From contig CAWARY010000015.1 of assembly GCA_963784645.1 (NCBI GenBank), positions 497,688-561,687 on the forward strand: a stretch of 64,000 nt of DNA. Reading direction: 5' to 3'. A program made the translations under genes and the position numbers. Below, in pieces: positions 1 through 10,220 of the stretch. Position 1 is the stretch's first letter. Every line of letters starts with the position of its first letter. The DNA comes from an uncultured Actinomycetota bacterium (GTDB lineage: Bacteria; Actinomycetota; Actinomycetes; JACCUZ01). The notes under the pieces are model-generated. The model ran no database searches and had not been told where the DNA came from. It saw only the letters and a list, made by a program, of their open reading frames with translations.

Positions 1-170
1 ATGTTGACGCCGTGCTCGATCGCGTCCTTGGTCTCCTCGGCACCCTCCGGGCGCCCGACGTAGTTGATCGCGACGTCGACGCCCTCCTCGCCGAGCTTGA
101 TGGCGATCGCCTGACCGATGCCGGAGCTGCCGCCGGTGACCAGGGCGACCTTGCCTGCCAGACCCTTCAT
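1..170 (-). CDS. SDR-family oxidoreductase, N-terminal fragment (gene runs off the window start)
   Basis: Reverse-complement of 1-170 translates to MKGLAGKVALVTGGSSGIGQAIAIKLGEEGVDVAINYVGRPEGAEETKDAIEHGVN. This is the classic TGxxxGIG Rossmann N-terminus of short-chain dehydrogenases. ATG at 168-170 (minus). Confidence 0.6.
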   Translation of the reverse strand, partial: MKGLAGKVALVTGGSSGIGQAIAIKLGEEGVDVAINYVGRPEGAEETKDAIEHGVN

Positions 171-222
171 GACCTCTCCTCGTGTCGCGGATGGCAGCAC
201 AGTCACCCGCACCCGGGAGGCG

Positions 223-897
223 TTACAGGTCGAGCCCGGCGTGCCCGGCGCGCAGGAAGTCCAGTGCCTGCTCGACGCCGTTGACCTGGTCCCAGGTGCG
301 GTAGGCGCCGAACGACGCGTTCCAGAACTCGCCGCCCGGCGGCGGCAACCGGTGCGGGCCGACGTACACGTACGGCGCGGGGATCGCCGCGTCGCCCGGC
401 GAGAAGCCGTAGTTGGCCGGCCCGGCGGTGAGGCCCAGGTCGAAGTGCTCCGGGAAGATCTGCGGCTCGCTCGGGTCCTCGGCGGACAGCTCGGCCGCCA
501 GCGCTCCCAGCGCCTGCTGGCCCAGCGCGAACCAGCCGGCCAGCGCGGCGGCCGCAGCGGCGTCGACGGCCAGCGGCGCGTCCGGCTCGAAAGCCGTGCT
601 CGGCGGGTGCTTGGTCCACGGGAAGCCCGGTTCGACACCGGCGAACTCGGCGGCGGCCGCCAGCGTGGTCAGCCGGTCCCGGCGGGTGCCGTCGACACCT
701 GTCACCACCAGCTCGGCGCCGTCCACCGCGAGCGAGGTCCCGTCGGGCAGCTCCGGGATCCGGAAGCCGCCGGCGCCGGGCAGCAGCGTGATCTGCCCGG
801 TGGCGCGCTTGCGGGTGGCGGCCAGCAGGTGCTCGGCGACGCTGTGCAGGGCCAGCCGGGTTGCTGTCACGGTGTCGGGACTCAGGGTGTCGGTCAT
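223..897 (-). CDS. hypothetical protein (about 224 aa)
   Basis: Start set at the internal ATG (897) of minus ORF 223..1131 (MTDTLSPD...); the upstream part of that ORF is R/P-rich junk. Balanced composition after this ATG. No family recognised. Confidence 0.45.
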   Translation of the reverse strand: MTDTLSPDTVTATRLALHSVAEHLLAATRKRATGQITLLPGAGGFRIPELPDGTSLAVDGAELVVTGVDGTRRDRLTTLAAAAEFAGVEPGFPWTKHPPSTAFEPDAPLAVDAAAAAALAGWFALGQQALGALAAELSAEDPSEPQIFPEHFDLGLTAGPANYGFSPGDAAIPAPYVYVGPHRLPPPGGEFWNASFGAYRTWDQVNGVEQALDFLRAGHAGLDL

Positions 898-983
898 GCA
901 CTCAGGTCTACCGGAGCGTCGCACCGTTTCGCCCCGCCGGACCGGCGGTGTAACGCCGGCCGCGGCGGCCGGACTGCTCGCCC

Positions 984-3605
984 ATGGAGACCTCGTCAGG
1001 GCGTGGGCCCGAACGCGACCGGCTGGCGGCAGCCGACAACGGGACCGAGGCGTGGCGGGCCTGGGGCCCGTACGTGTCGGAGCGCGCGTGGGGCACGGTC
1101 CGGGAGGACTACAGCGCGGACGGCTCGGCATGGGACCACCTCCCGCACGACCACGCCCGCTCCCGTGCCTACCGGTGGAGCGAGGACGGGCTCGCCGGCG
1201 TGTGCGACTCGCGGCAGACGTTCTGCCTGGGACTCGCGCTGTGGAACGGGGTCGACCCGGTGCTCAAGGAGCGGGTGTTCGGGCTCACGGGCCCGGAGGG
1301 CAACCACGGCGAGGACGCCAAGGAGTACTGGTGGTACCTCGACTCCACGCCGACCCACTCGTGGATGTCCTGGCGCTACCACTACCCGCAGGACGAGTTC
1401 CCCTACGCCGACCTGGTCGACGAGAACGCCCGCCGCGGCCCGGACGCCCCGGAGTACGAGCTCGTCGACACCGGCATCTTCGACGGGGACCGGTTCTGGG
1501 CGGTGCAGGTCGACTACGCGAAGGCCGGCCCGACCGACCTGCTGATGCGGGTCACGCTGACCAACCACGGACCCGACGCGGCGACCCTGCACGTCCTGCC
1601 GACCCTGTGGTTCCGCAACACCTGGGCGTGGGGACTGCCCGGCCAGGAGGCCACCCCGAGCATCGTGGCGGACGGCGGCCACCTGGTCGCCACGCACCCG
1701 ACCCTCGGGCAGCTCACCCTGACCAGTGACGGGTCACCGGACCTGCTCTTCTGCGACAACGAGACGAACGCCCAGCGGCTGTACGGGTCGCCCGGCCGGT
1801 CGGCGTACCCGAAGGACGGCATCAACGACCATGTCGTGCACGGCGCGGCCACGGTGAACCCGGACCGGGTGGGCACCAAGGCCGCGGTCCACCACGTGGT
1901 GACGGTGCCGGCGGGCGGGACGCGGGAGATCCGGCTGCGGCTGGTCGCCGGCCGCGAGCCGGGGCCCGTCACCGCCCCCGACTTCGACGACGTCGTGGCG
2001 ACGCGGCGTGGCGAGGCAGACGCCTACTTCGCCGCGCTCGCGCCCGCCGGTACCTCGGCCGAGCGCGCGATGGTCCTGCGACAAGCGGTCGCGGGACTGA
2101 TGTGGGGCAAGCAGTTCTTCCACTACGACGTCGACCGCTGGCTCACCGGCGACCCCGTCGGCCCACCGCCACCGGCAGGTCGCGAGCACGGTCGCAACGC
2201 GGCGTGGCGGCATCTGAACAACGCCGACGTGATCTCGATGCCCGACCCGTGGGAGTACCCCTGGTACGCCGCCTGGGACCTGGCCTTCCACTGCGTGCCG
2301 ATCGCGCACGTCGACCCGGAGTTCGCCAAGGCGCAGCTGCTGCTGGTCCTGCGCGAGTGGTACATGCACCCGAACGGCCAGATCCCGGCGTACGAGTGGG
2401 CGTTCGGCGACGTCAACCCGCCGGTGCACGCGTGGGCGGCGCTGCGGGTGTTCGAGATCGACGGGTCGCGGGACCACGCCTTCCTGGCCAAGGTCTTCCA
2501 CAAGCTGCTGCTCAACTTCACCTGGTGGGTCAACCGCAAGGACAGCGACGGGAGCAACGTCTTCGAGGGCGGCTTCCTCGGCCTGGACAACATCGGCCCG
2601 ATCGACCGGTCCGCGCCGTTGCCGGTGGCCGCGCGGCTGGAGCAGAGCGACGGCACCGCCTGGATGGCGACCTACGCGCTGAACCTGCTGGAGATGGCGC
2701 TGGTCCTCGCCGAGGCCGACCGGAGCTACGAGGACCTCGCGACCAAGTTCTTCGAGCACTTCGCCTACATCGCCGAGGCCATGTCGCAGATGTCGCTCTG
2801 GGACGAGGCCGACGGCTTCTTCTACGACGTGCTCAGCCTGGCCGACGGCTCCAAGGTCCCGCTCCGGGTCCGGTCGATGGTCGGGCTCATCCCGCTCTGC
2901 GCGACCACGACGCTGGGCGCCGCGACGCTGGATGCGCTCCCGGACTTCGCCGCCCGGCTGACGTGGTTCCTCGCGAACAAGCCGCGCTACCGGGGAGTCG
3001 TCGGCGAGACCCACGTGCGCGACGGCCAGGTGGGCCGACTGCTGTCGGTCGTCGACGGCGAGCGTCTGGTGCGCATCCTGTCGAGGATGCTGGCCGAGGA
3101 CGAGTTCCTGTCGCCGCACGGGCTGCGAGCGCTGTCGCGGCGACACCGGGACGAGCCGTTCACGGTCGACCTCGGTGGGTCCGCCTTCACGGTCGACTAC
3201 GAACCCGGCGAGTCGACGACCGGGCTGTTCGGTGGCAACTCCAACTGGCGCGGGCCGGTCTGGTTCCCGGTCAACTACCTCGTGATCGAGGCGATCCGGC
3301 GCTACGCCCGGTTCTTCGGCGACGACGTGCTCGTCGAGCACCCGACCGGGTCGGGCAACAAGGTGACGCTCGGGCGCCTCGCAGACGACCTGTCGGACCG
3401 GCTGGTCGGCCTGTTCACCGAGGACGCGGAGTGCCATCGAGCCGTCTTCGGCGACGAGCACCTGTTCCAGAACCATCCCGCGTGGCACGACCTGCTGCCG
3501 TTCCACGAGTACTTCCACGGCGACACCGGCAAGGGCCTGGGTGCCTCGCACCAGACGGGCTGGACCGGTCTGGTCGCGGACCTGCTGATCGGGGCCTCGC
3601 GATGA
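984..3605 (+). CDS. glycoside hydrolase family 63-like (glucosyl/mannosylglycerate hydrolase or processing alpha-glucosidase-like), 873 aa
   Basis: Long clean ORF. Conserved GH63-like blocks: [34 protein letters not shown] and (alpha/alpha)6-barrel region ([33 protein letters not shown]). Stop overlaps the folE start (ATGA). Confidence 0.7.
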   Translation: METSSGRGPERDRLAAADNGTEAWRAWGPYVSERAWGTVREDYSADGSAWDHLPHDHARSRAYRWSEDGLAGVCDSRQTFCLGLALWNGVDPVLKERVFGLTGPEGNHGEDAKEYWWYLDSTPTHSWMSWRYHYPQDEFPYADLVDENARRGPDAPEYELVDTGIFDGDRFWAVQVDYAKAGPTDLLMRVTLTNHGPDAATLHVLPTLWFRNTWAWGLPGQEATPSIVADGGHLVATHPTLGQLTLTSDGSPDLLFCDNETNAQRLYGSPGRSAYPKDGINDHVVHGAATVNPDRVGTKAAVHHVVTVPAGGTREIRLRLVAGREPGPVTAPDFDDVVATRRGEADAYFAALAPAGTSAERAMVLRQAVAGLMWGKQFFHYDVDRWLTGDPVGPPPPAGREHGRNAAWRHLNNADVISMPDPWEYPWYAAWDLAFHCVPIAHVDPEFAKAQLLLVLREWYMHPNGQIPAYEWAFGDVNPPVHAWAALRVFEIDGSRDHAFLAKVFHKLLLNFTWWVNRKDSDGSNVFEGGFLGLDNIGPIDRSAPLPVAARLEQSDGTAWMATYALNLLEMALVLAEADRSYEDLATKFFEHFAYIAEAMSQMSLWDEADGFFYDVLSLADGSKVPLRVRSMVGLIPLCATTTLGAATLDALPDFAARLTWFLANKPRYRGVVGETHVRDGQVGRLLSVVDGERLVRILSRMLAEDEFLSPHGLRALSRRHRDEPFTVDLGGSAFTVDYEPGESTTGLFGGNSNWRGPVWFPVNYLVIEAIRRYARFFGDDVLVEHPTGSGNKVTLGRLADDLSDRLVGLFTEDAECHRAVFGDEHLFQNHPAWHDLLPFHEYFHGDTGKGLGASHQTGWTGLVADLLIGASR

Positions 3606-4210
3606 CCTCGCCGGCGTCCGCCGGGCCGGCACTGGCCGTCGTACGGTCGCCCCGGCCGGTCGACCTCGGGGTTGCCGAACGCGCTGCGGCGGACCTGCTG
3701 ACCGCCCTCGGGGTGGACGTGACGCAGGAGGGGCTGGCGGCCACGCCGGGCCGGATGGTCCGGGCCTACGCCGAGCTCTTCAGCCCCCCGCCGTTCGACC
3801 TCACGACCTTCCCCAACGACGAGGGGTATGACGAGCTGGTGCTCGCCCGCGACATCCCGTTCCGCTCGGTCTGCGAGCACCACCTGCTGCCGTTCGTGGG
3901 GGTGGCGCATGTCGGGTACCTGCCGGGCGCGCGGATCCTCGGCCTGTCCAAGCTGGCCCGGGTGGTGCAGATGTTCGCGCACGCCCCCCAGGTGCAGGAG
4001 CGGCTCACCCAGCAGATCGCCGACTGGCTGTCGGCGCACCTGCGGGCCCGTGGGGTCGGCGTGGTGCTGCGGGCGGAGCACACCTGCATGACCCTGCGCG
4101 GGGTGCAGGCTGTCGGGTCCAGCACGGTCACCTCGGCCCTGCACGGGTGGCTGCGCGAGGACGCCGGGGCGCGGGCGGAGTTCTTCTCCCTCGCCGGTCT
4201 CTCGTCCTGA
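3602..4210 (+). CDS. folE: GTP cyclohydrolase I
   Basis: C-terminal part of ORF 2102..4210 from ATG 3602: ...DELVLARDIPFRSVCEHHLLPFVGVAHVGYLPG...RLTQQIADWL. Signature FRSVCEHHLLPF. Start overlaps the upstream stop (translational coupling). Confidence 0.85.
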   Translation: MTSPASAGPALAVVRSPRPVDLGVAERAAADLLTALGVDVTQEGLAATPGRMVRAYAELFSPPPFDLTTFPNDEGYDELVLARDIPFRSVCEHHLLPFVGVAHVGYLPGARILGLSKLARVVQMFAHAPQVQERLTQQIADWLSAHLRARGVGVVLRAEHTCMTLRGVQAVGSSTVTSALHGWLREDAGARAEFFSLAGLSS

Positions 4211-4246
4211 CCCGGCGCAGCCCGCCGGCCCGCCCGGCCGCGCCCG

Positions 4247-4882
4247 TCAGGCGGTACGGGCCAGGAAGTGCGCCTCCAGCTGACCGCGCAGCGCGCTGCG
4301 GCCCTGGTGGAGCAGCCGGCGGACCTCGTCGCGGTCCTGCGACAGGATCTCGCTGATCTCGGCCACCTCGCAGCCGGCCATGTCACGCAGGCCGACCACC
4401 ACGCGCTGCTGCACCGGCAGCTCGGTCAGCCCGCGCCGCAGCACGGGGCCCACCCCGCGGGCGCCGTCCCGGACGTCGGCCATCGCCGGCCACTCTGCCG
4501 GCGGCACCGCCCAGTGGCCCGGCCAGCGCTGGTCGTCCGGCGGCAGGAACCGTCCCGGATCGACGGCCGGACCGTCGTCGGCCTCGGCTGCCGTCGCGGG
4601 GACGCCGGCGGTCCGGAGCAGGACGGCACAGACCCGGGCCCGCAGGCGTGTCGGCGGCCGGAAGCCGGCCATCTCGCGCAGCACCTGCAGCCAGGTCTCG
4701 CGCACCAGCGCCCGGGCCGCGTCCTCGTCGGCGGTGAGCAGCAACGCGGTGCGCAGCAGGAAAGGGGACCAGAGCCGCACGATCCCGGCGAAAGCCGCCT
4801 CGTCGCCGACCCGGATCGCCTCGACGAGGTCGACGCCGGGCTCGACCCGGTCCCCGGCGACGACGGTGGAGTGCTGCGTCAT
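4247..4882 (-). CDS. ECF-type RNA polymerase sigma factor (sigma-70 family)
   Basis: MTQHSTVV... about 211 aa, with region 2 (ALVRETWLQVLR) and region 4 (LPVQQRVVVGLRDMAGCEVAEISEIL) features. Internal ATG at 4882 chosen over the R-rich upstream extension. Confidence 0.7.
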   Translation of the reverse strand: MTQHSTVVAGDRVEPGVDLVEAIRVGDEAAFAGIVRLWSPFLLRTALLLTADEDAARALVRETWLQVLREMAGFRPPTRLRARVCAVLLRTAGVPATAAEADDGPAVDPGRFLPPDDQRWPGHWAVPPAEWPAMADVRDGARGVGPVLRRGLTELPVQQRVVVGLRDMAGCEVAEISEILSQDRDEVRRLLHQGRSALRGQLEAHFLARTA

Positions 4883-5040
4883 GCCCGGGACGGTAGGCCG
4901 ACCGGGCCGGACCGGGGCTGCCGCGGCCGGCTCCCGGCCCGATCTCACCCGGGTGAGGACTCCCGGGTGGACGTGGCGGCCGGGGGCGACGAGTCTGGAC
5001 GACGTCCTGCCGACCCCACCACCGCTCCTCGAGAGCCGCT

Positions 5041-7260
5041 GTGACCCAGACCCCGTCCGTGCTGCCGGCCGAGCCCGCCCTGCTCACCACGAAGGTGCAC
5101 CCGCCCCAGGGCAGGGCCGGCCGCCTGGTGGAGCGCGCCGCCCTGGTCGACCTGCTGGTCGCCGGGCAGTCCGGCCGGCTCACGGTCATCAGCGCTCCCG
5201 CCGGCTGGGGCAAGACCACGCTGCTCCTGCAGTGGCGCCGCCGCACCCTGGGCACCCACCGGTTCGCCTGGGTCAGCCTGGACGAGGGCGACCGCGACCC
5301 CGCGAGCTTCTGGGCCTACGTGACCGAGGCCTTCGGCGCGGCGTTCCCCGAGTGCGGCGAGGAGGTCCGGCGGCTGACCAACCGCCGGGGGGTGGACGTC
5401 GTCAGAGTCCTGATCCCGGCGCTGCTCAACTGCCTCGACGGAGACGACCAGCAGCGCGGCGTCGTGGTGCTCGACGACTACCACACGGTGGACTCGCCCG
5501 TGGTCGACGGCCAGCTCGCCTTCCTGGTCGAGCACCTCCCCCCGACACTGCACGTGGTGGTCGTCACCCGGTCTGCGCCGGCACTCCCCCTGGCGCGGCT
5601 CCGGGCGAGCGGCGAGCTCACCGAGCTCGGGACGGTCGACCTCCGGTTCACCCCGGGCGAGGCCGGGAGCCTGCTGACCGATGTCCTCGGCCTGCGACTC
5701 GGCCGCGCCGACGTCGTGACGCTGCAACAGCGGACGGAGGGCTGGGCCGCCGCGCTGCACCTGGCAGCGCTGTCGCTGCGCACCAGCAACGACCCGACCC
5801 GGGCGATCGTCGAGTTCAGCGGCCAGCACGAGCACCTGATGCAGTACCTGGCGGCCGAGGTCCTCGGCGGCCTCGACCCGGACCTGCGGCAGTGGCTCAC
5901 GCAGATCGCGCTGCTCGACCGGTTCAGCGCACCCCTGTGCGACGCGGTGACCGGTCGCCGGGACTCGGCGCAGCTGCTGCAGCGGGCGGAGCAGGCCAAC
6001 CTCTTCGTCCTGTCGCTGGACGACCGGCACGAGTGGTTCCGGTTCCACCACCTGTTCGCCGACATGCTGCGCGCGCGCCTCGAGCGGGAAACCGCCGGCT
6101 CGCTCCCGGAGCTGCACCGCCGGGCCAGCCACTGGTACGACCAGCACGAGCTGCCCGTCGACGCAGTCCGGCACGCCCTGCTCGCGCCCGACCTGGGCTG
6201 GGCCCACACCCTGGTCGCGCGGCGCTGGAACCACGAGTACAACGCCGGGCGCCTGACCACCGTGAACACCTGGCTCGACGCCCTGGGTGCCGACCGGCTC
6301 CGGCGCGACCCGTGGCTCGCCGCGGCGCGGGTGCTCGTCTGGGCGGACGAGGGACGCCTCGACGAGCTGGACGCCTGGCTCGCCGTCGACCCGGTGGTGG
6401 ACGGCTACGCCTACGCCGTGCTGCGCGCGCTGCACCGCTTCAAGTCGGGCGACCTCGTGCGCGCCGCCGAGGAGCTGGACCGGGCGCAGCAGCAGCGGTC
6501 CGAGAGCGAGCCGTTCTGGCCGACCGTCGAGCAGTGCGTGCGCGGTGCTACCTGCTACTGGACCGGTGACCTCCCGACGGCGCGGACCGCGCTGGCGACG
6601 GCGACGACGCTGGCCCGGTCCTACGACAACGCCGCCGGCCACACCTACGCGACCGGCTACCTCGCGCTGCTCGCGCTCGACGCCGGCGACGACGTGACGG
6701 CGCGCCGGCGGTTGGACCAGGTCGCGGCGCACCTGGAGCCGGCGGCGGACCTCGCGCACCACTTCGTGCTGGCGCTGGCGCTGCTGGGTCGGGGCCGGCT
6801 GCTGCAGCGGGACGGGCGGCTGCCGGAGGCCCGGGCCGCCCTGGAGCGCGCGGCCGAGGTGGCGCGCAACGGCGCCGGCCGGTTGGAGCGGGTCGCCACC
6901 GCGGCCGCGCTCTCCCGGCTCCTGGAACAGACCGGGGACCGCGCCGCTGCCGCGCGGCTGCAGGACGAGGGAGCCGCGCTGCTACGCCTCTCGCCTGCGC
7001 CGGGCCGGGCGCTCGCCCTGCTCGCCGACGTCCCTGCGGCTCCGCGTGCCCCCGCGGTCGCCGAGGGCGAGGACCTGACGGCCCGGGAGGCGGCAATCCT
7101 GCTGCGCCTGCCGAGCCAGCTGACCCTTCGCGAGATCGCCGACGAGCTGTACGTCTCGCACAACACCGCGAAGACCCACGCCCGCACGCTGTACCGCAAG
7201 CTCGGCGTGTCGACGCGGGACGAGGCGGTCGCCACGGCGCGCGGCGCCGGGCTGCTCTGA
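5041..7260 (+). CDS. LuxR-family ATP-dependent transcriptional regulator (MalT/LAL-like: AAA ATPase + TPR + C-terminal LuxR HTH)
   Basis: P-loop ISAPAGWGKTTLL, Walker B VVVLDDYH, helical/TPR middle, C-terminal LTAREAAILLRLPSQLTLREIADELYVSHNTAKTHARTLYRKLGV. GTG start 5041. Divergent from the ECF sigma gene. Confidence 0.8.
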   Translation: MTQTPSVLPAEPALLTTKVHPPQGRAGRLVERAALVDLLVAGQSGRLTVISAPAGWGKTTLLLQWRRRTLGTHRFAWVSLDEGDRDPASFWAYVTEAFGAAFPECGEEVRRLTNRRGVDVVRVLIPALLNCLDGDDQQRGVVVLDDYHTVDSPVVDGQLAFLVEHLPPTLHVVVVTRSAPALPLARLRASGELTELGTVDLRFTPGEAGSLLTDVLGLRLGRADVVTLQQRTEGWAAALHLAALSLRTSNDPTRAIVEFSGQHEHLMQYLAAEVLGGLDPDLRQWLTQIALLDRFSAPLCDAVTGRRDSAQLLQRAEQANLFVLSLDDRHEWFRFHHLFADMLRARLERETAGSLPELHRRASHWYDQHELPVDAVRHALLAPDLGWAHTLVARRWNHEYNAGRLTTVNTWLDALGADRLRRDPWLAAARVLVWADEGRLDELDAWLAVDPVVDGYAYAVLRALHRFKSGDLVRAAEELDRAQQQRSESEPFWPTVEQCVRGATCYWTGDLPTARTALATATTLARSYDNAAGHTYATGYLALLALDAGDDVTARRRLDQVAAHLEPAADLAHHFVLALALLGRGRLLQRDGRLPEARAALERAAEVARNGAGRLERVATAAALSRLLEQTGDRAAAARLQDEGAALLRLSPAPGRALALLADVPAAPRAPAVAEGEDLTAREAAILLRLPSQLTLREIADELYVSHNTAKTHARTLYRKLGVSTRDEAVATARGAGLL

Positions 7261-7291
7261 CCGGGGCGCACGTCACGCATCGGTAAGATCG

Positions 7292-7537
7292 GTGACTGTG
7301 CAGGCAGACGACGATGGGTTCTCGACGTGGGAGGCTCGATGGGCCGAATCTCTGCGCGGATCGCGGCTGCCGCCGGGGGGTGACGTCGGCGACGCGGTCG
7401 ACCTCGGACCGCTCAAGGGCAACAAGGGTGACCAGCAGTACGCCGTGCCGCGTGGCGCGAGGGCCGGGACCGTCACCATCTGGTGCCGCGCCTTCACCGT
7501 CGCGTTCGGCTCGGCGCGGCTGCGCGTCGCCGGCTGA
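7292..7537 (+). CDS. possible small protein (81 aa), unknown
   Basis: ORF in the 420-bp convergent intergenic gap. Strong GC3 bias (about 85%) typical of real coding in this genome. A rare AT-rich TAAGAT (7284-7289) just upstream suggests a -10 box and a leaderless or short-leader start (GTG 7292 or 7298). No family recognised. Confidence 0.3.
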   Translation: MTVQADDDGFSTWEARWAESLRGSRLPPGGDVGDAVDLGPLKGNKGDQQYAVPRGARAGTVTIWCRAFTVAFGSARLRVAG

Positions 7538-7681
7538 CCCGGGGTGCACCCGCGGCCGCGCTGGCCGCCGGTGCGGCCACCCTGCGACGGCGCACCGAGT
7601 GAGCGGCAGGTCGGACGAGGACCGGAGGCCGGCGACGTCATGTCGCCGGCCTCCGGCCTACCGGCCGGGTGCCGGCCGGTC

Positions 7682-10156
7682 TCAGGTGGCGTCCTCGACC
7701 AGTCGGTCGCGCCAGGTCGCGTACGCCGGGTCGGCCCAGTAGGTGCTGTGCCCGTGGACCGGTGGGTAGGCGGAGGTGGCCGGGTCCATCTCGAGCCCCG
7801 ACGGGTCGGTGAGCCGGACGTCGCCGTAGCGCGCCTCGGAGTCGGGGTCGACCGGCGTCAGCAGCGGACGCAGCGACGAACCGATCGGGTCGGTGCGGCG
7901 CCACAGGTTGGTCCAGCCCTCGGGGTGGACCCACAGGTCGCTCAGTGGGCCCACTCCGAGCACCCGCGGGAACACCGGGCGGTACAGCCGCATCACCGGG
8001 CAGCCGAAGGTGAGCAGCCGGCAGGCGTCGCGCACCGCCACCACGGGCGCCAGCTGCGCCAGTGCGGCGATGCCCAGCACCGAGCCCTGGCTGTGCGCCG
8101 CGAGGACCACGACGGTGCGCTCCGGCGAGGACGCGTCGCGCCGGGTCGCCGTCTCGAGGTCGGTACGCACCAGGTGGTCGATCCGGCAGGCGAGCTGCGG
8201 CACCGCCCGCTCGGCGTAGCAGGGCGCCGCCAGCGGATGACCGGCGCGCGGCCAGAACGACACGACGTCCCAGACGATCCCGACCAGACGCCTGGCCTTC
8301 TCGCTGCGCCAGGCGAGAGCGCCCAGGGCGATCACGCCGACGGCCAGACCAGCGACCGCCCAGGCGCCGAAGTCGCGCAGGAAGTCGAACGCCACGTTCA
8401 ACCGCTGGGGCGGGACTCCGCGGTACAGCCGGGCCAATGCGTCGGGAGGCCCGTAGCCGGCCGGCACGTCCGCGGACGGGAACAGCGCGTCGTAGGCCGA
8501 GTAGAGCCCGGCCGCGATGCCGACGACGCACGCGGTGAGGAAGACCACGCGGAACCGGTCGATGCTCACTGCGGAGGCGAAGGCCCGTGGCCGCACCGCC
8601 CGCATGACGCGGTAGTCGGTGTCGGGGAGTCGGCTGTCCGGGTACTCCCGGCGCACCCACCGAAGCGCCAGCACCCGTCGACGTACGACGTCGAGCGCCA
8701 GCAGGCCGACCAGGCCTACGAGCAGCACGATGAAGACCCCGCTGGCGAACGCCGCGATCTCGAAGGCGGGCGCCGGCTCCGGCGCGGTGCTGTACGCCGT
8801 GCAGCTCTCGCACGGTCCGGCGTGGCCCACGCCGGTGAGGACGTCCGACACCCGCAGCACGACCGCGGACGAGTAGGCGAAACCGAGCAGCACCGACAGC
8901 GCGGCCATGAACCAGCCGGCCAGCCCCCACAGCGACGGCGACGGGACCGGGTCGTCGGTCTCCGCCCCGGGCACCTGCTCGAGCGGCGAGATGCCCGCCG
9001 ACCCGAGCCAGCTGACCACCAGCAGCGCCAGCAGCAGGGCCACCTGGAGCAGCACCAGGACATGGCCGGTCGTGATGATGCCGACGAGGTGACCCTGGTC
9101 GGGTCGCGGCCGCCCGTGACCCGCGAGGGCGGCCGCCTCGGCGAGCAGGACGGCGGCACCGGCGCCGCCGAGCAGCACCCGACGGCGCACGGCGTCCCCC
9201 GCGCCGTCCGTGTCGGCCCACCGCACCCACGCCCACGGCGCCACCGACCACGCGCCCCACACGAGCACGATCCCGGCGAGCGCGAAGGCGCCGCCGCCCA
9301 GCACGTCCGCGGCCCCTTCGTCGAGGCTGACCGCGGCCCGGGCGAGCACGACCGCGGCGACGGCCAGGCCCACAGCTGTGTGCGCCGTGCGGAGCCGTCC
9401 GACCAGGACGTCGCCGCGCCACATCTCCGGCGACCACAGGTCCGGGTCGAGGTCACCGGTCGCAGTCCCGGCCGGCTCGGTGCTGCCGAGCGTCTCGTCG
9501 GCGTGGAACGCCTCGTAGCGCAGGCTGGTCCGGTGCGAGAGCACGCCGAGGGCGACCACCGTCACCACGGGCACCAGGGCGGCCACGGCGAGCGTGGTGC
9601 CCGGACCCCAGGTCCGCACGACGTCCAGCCAGCCGTTCACGTGCAGGCAGTCGTCCTTGTCGAGCACCGCGCACTGCCACGCGGTGAGGTCCATCGCCGC
9701 CGACGCCGCCGTGAACACGATGGTCGCCGTCAGTGAGAGACCCACCAGCCGTACCAGCCAGTCGTACGCCGCGCCGAGCCGTCGGCGGCCGGCCCACGGC
9801 CGCGCCCAGTAGGCGAGGTTCGCCAGCGAGAAGGGCAGCAGCAGCAACCAGGTGGCCTGCACCACCGAGCCGGAGGTGAGCCGGCCCCATCTCATCCCCT
9901 CGAGCACGCGGTCGGGGTCGTCGTCCGGTCCGGGCGGCTCCGGCTCGGACCGTCGTCGGTAGAACTGGACGTGCCTGTCGCCGGCGACCGGAGCGCCGAC
10001 ATCGCTCGTGCCGAGCAGCGACTCCGGCGAGGTGCCCGACACCCCGTGCACCCGGAGCTCGACGTACCTCGCCACGACCCCACCCCCGCCCGGCGCGGCC
10101 CGGCGCGCCTCAGCCCGGAGTGTGCGCGTGCCGCAGGTGATCCGCCACCGCGACAT
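7682..10156 (-). CDS. large polytopic membrane protein with C-terminal alpha/beta-hydrolase (class-2 lipase/PGAP1-like) domain, 824 aa
   Basis: 10+ hydrophobic segments across the first ~600 residues. C-terminal region has nucleophile elbow VVLAAHSQGSVLG (GxSxG), later RTDPIGSS (Asp candidate) and VHGHSTYW (His candidate). True start may be a GTG near 10075 (VVARYVELRVHGVSG). Confidence 0.6.
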   Translation of the reverse strand: MSRWRITCGTRTLRAEARRAAPGGGGVVARYVELRVHGVSGTSPESLLGTSDVGAPVAGDRHVQFYRRRSEPEPPGPDDDPDRVLEGMRWGRLTSGSVVQATWLLLLPFSLANLAYWARPWAGRRRLGAAYDWLVRLVGLSLTATIVFTAASAAMDLTAWQCAVLDKDDCLHVNGWLDVVRTWGPGTTLAVAALVPVVTVVALGVLSHRTSLRYEAFHADETLGSTEPAGTATGDLDPDLWSPEMWRGDVLVGRLRTAHTAVGLAVAAVVLARAAVSLDEGAADVLGGGAFALAGIVLVWGAWSVAPWAWVRWADTDGAGDAVRRRVLLGGAGAAVLLAEAAALAGHGRPRPDQGHLVGIITTGHVLVLLQVALLLALLVVSWLGSAGISPLEQVPGAETDDPVPSPSLWGLAGWFMAALSVLLGFAYSSAVVLRVSDVLTGVGHAGPCESCTAYSTAPEPAPAFEIAAFASGVFIVLLVGLVGLLALDVVRRRVLALRWVRREYPDSRLPDTDYRVMRAVRPRAFASAVSIDRFRVVFLTACVVGIAAGLYSAYDALFPSADVPAGYGPPDALARLYRGVPPQRLNVAFDFLRDFGAWAVAGLAVGVIALGALAWRSEKARRLVGIVWDVVSFWPRAGHPLAAPCYAERAVPQLACRIDHLVRTDLETATRRDASSPERTVVVLAAHSQGSVLGIAALAQLAPVVAVRDACRLLTFGCPVMRLYRPVFPRVLGVGPLSDLWVHPEGWTNLWRRTDPIGSSLRPLLTPVDPDSEARYGDVRLTDPSGLEMDPATSAYPPVHGHSTYWADPAYATWRDRLVEDAT

Positions 10157-10220
10157 TCGGTGCGGGCCGGGAGGTTCCGGGGCGCCCGGTCAAACCTTTG
10201 CCTGACGGTCCGTGCGGCGG

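Noticed and set aside
118-1545. Long Arg/Ala/Pro/Gly-rich ORFs in alternative frames or antisense to real genes. Examples: 118..1545, 413..1729, N-terminal 500 aa of 2102..4210, 4380..6569, 7544..9736, 7638..9437, 11369..13354, 21254..24292, 24669..26963, 46564..49293, 59455..61764.
   Set aside because: Extreme low-complexity R/A/P/G composition. They overlap well-supported genes and are the usual stop-codon-poor shadow frames of ~72% GC DNA. No recognisable motifs.
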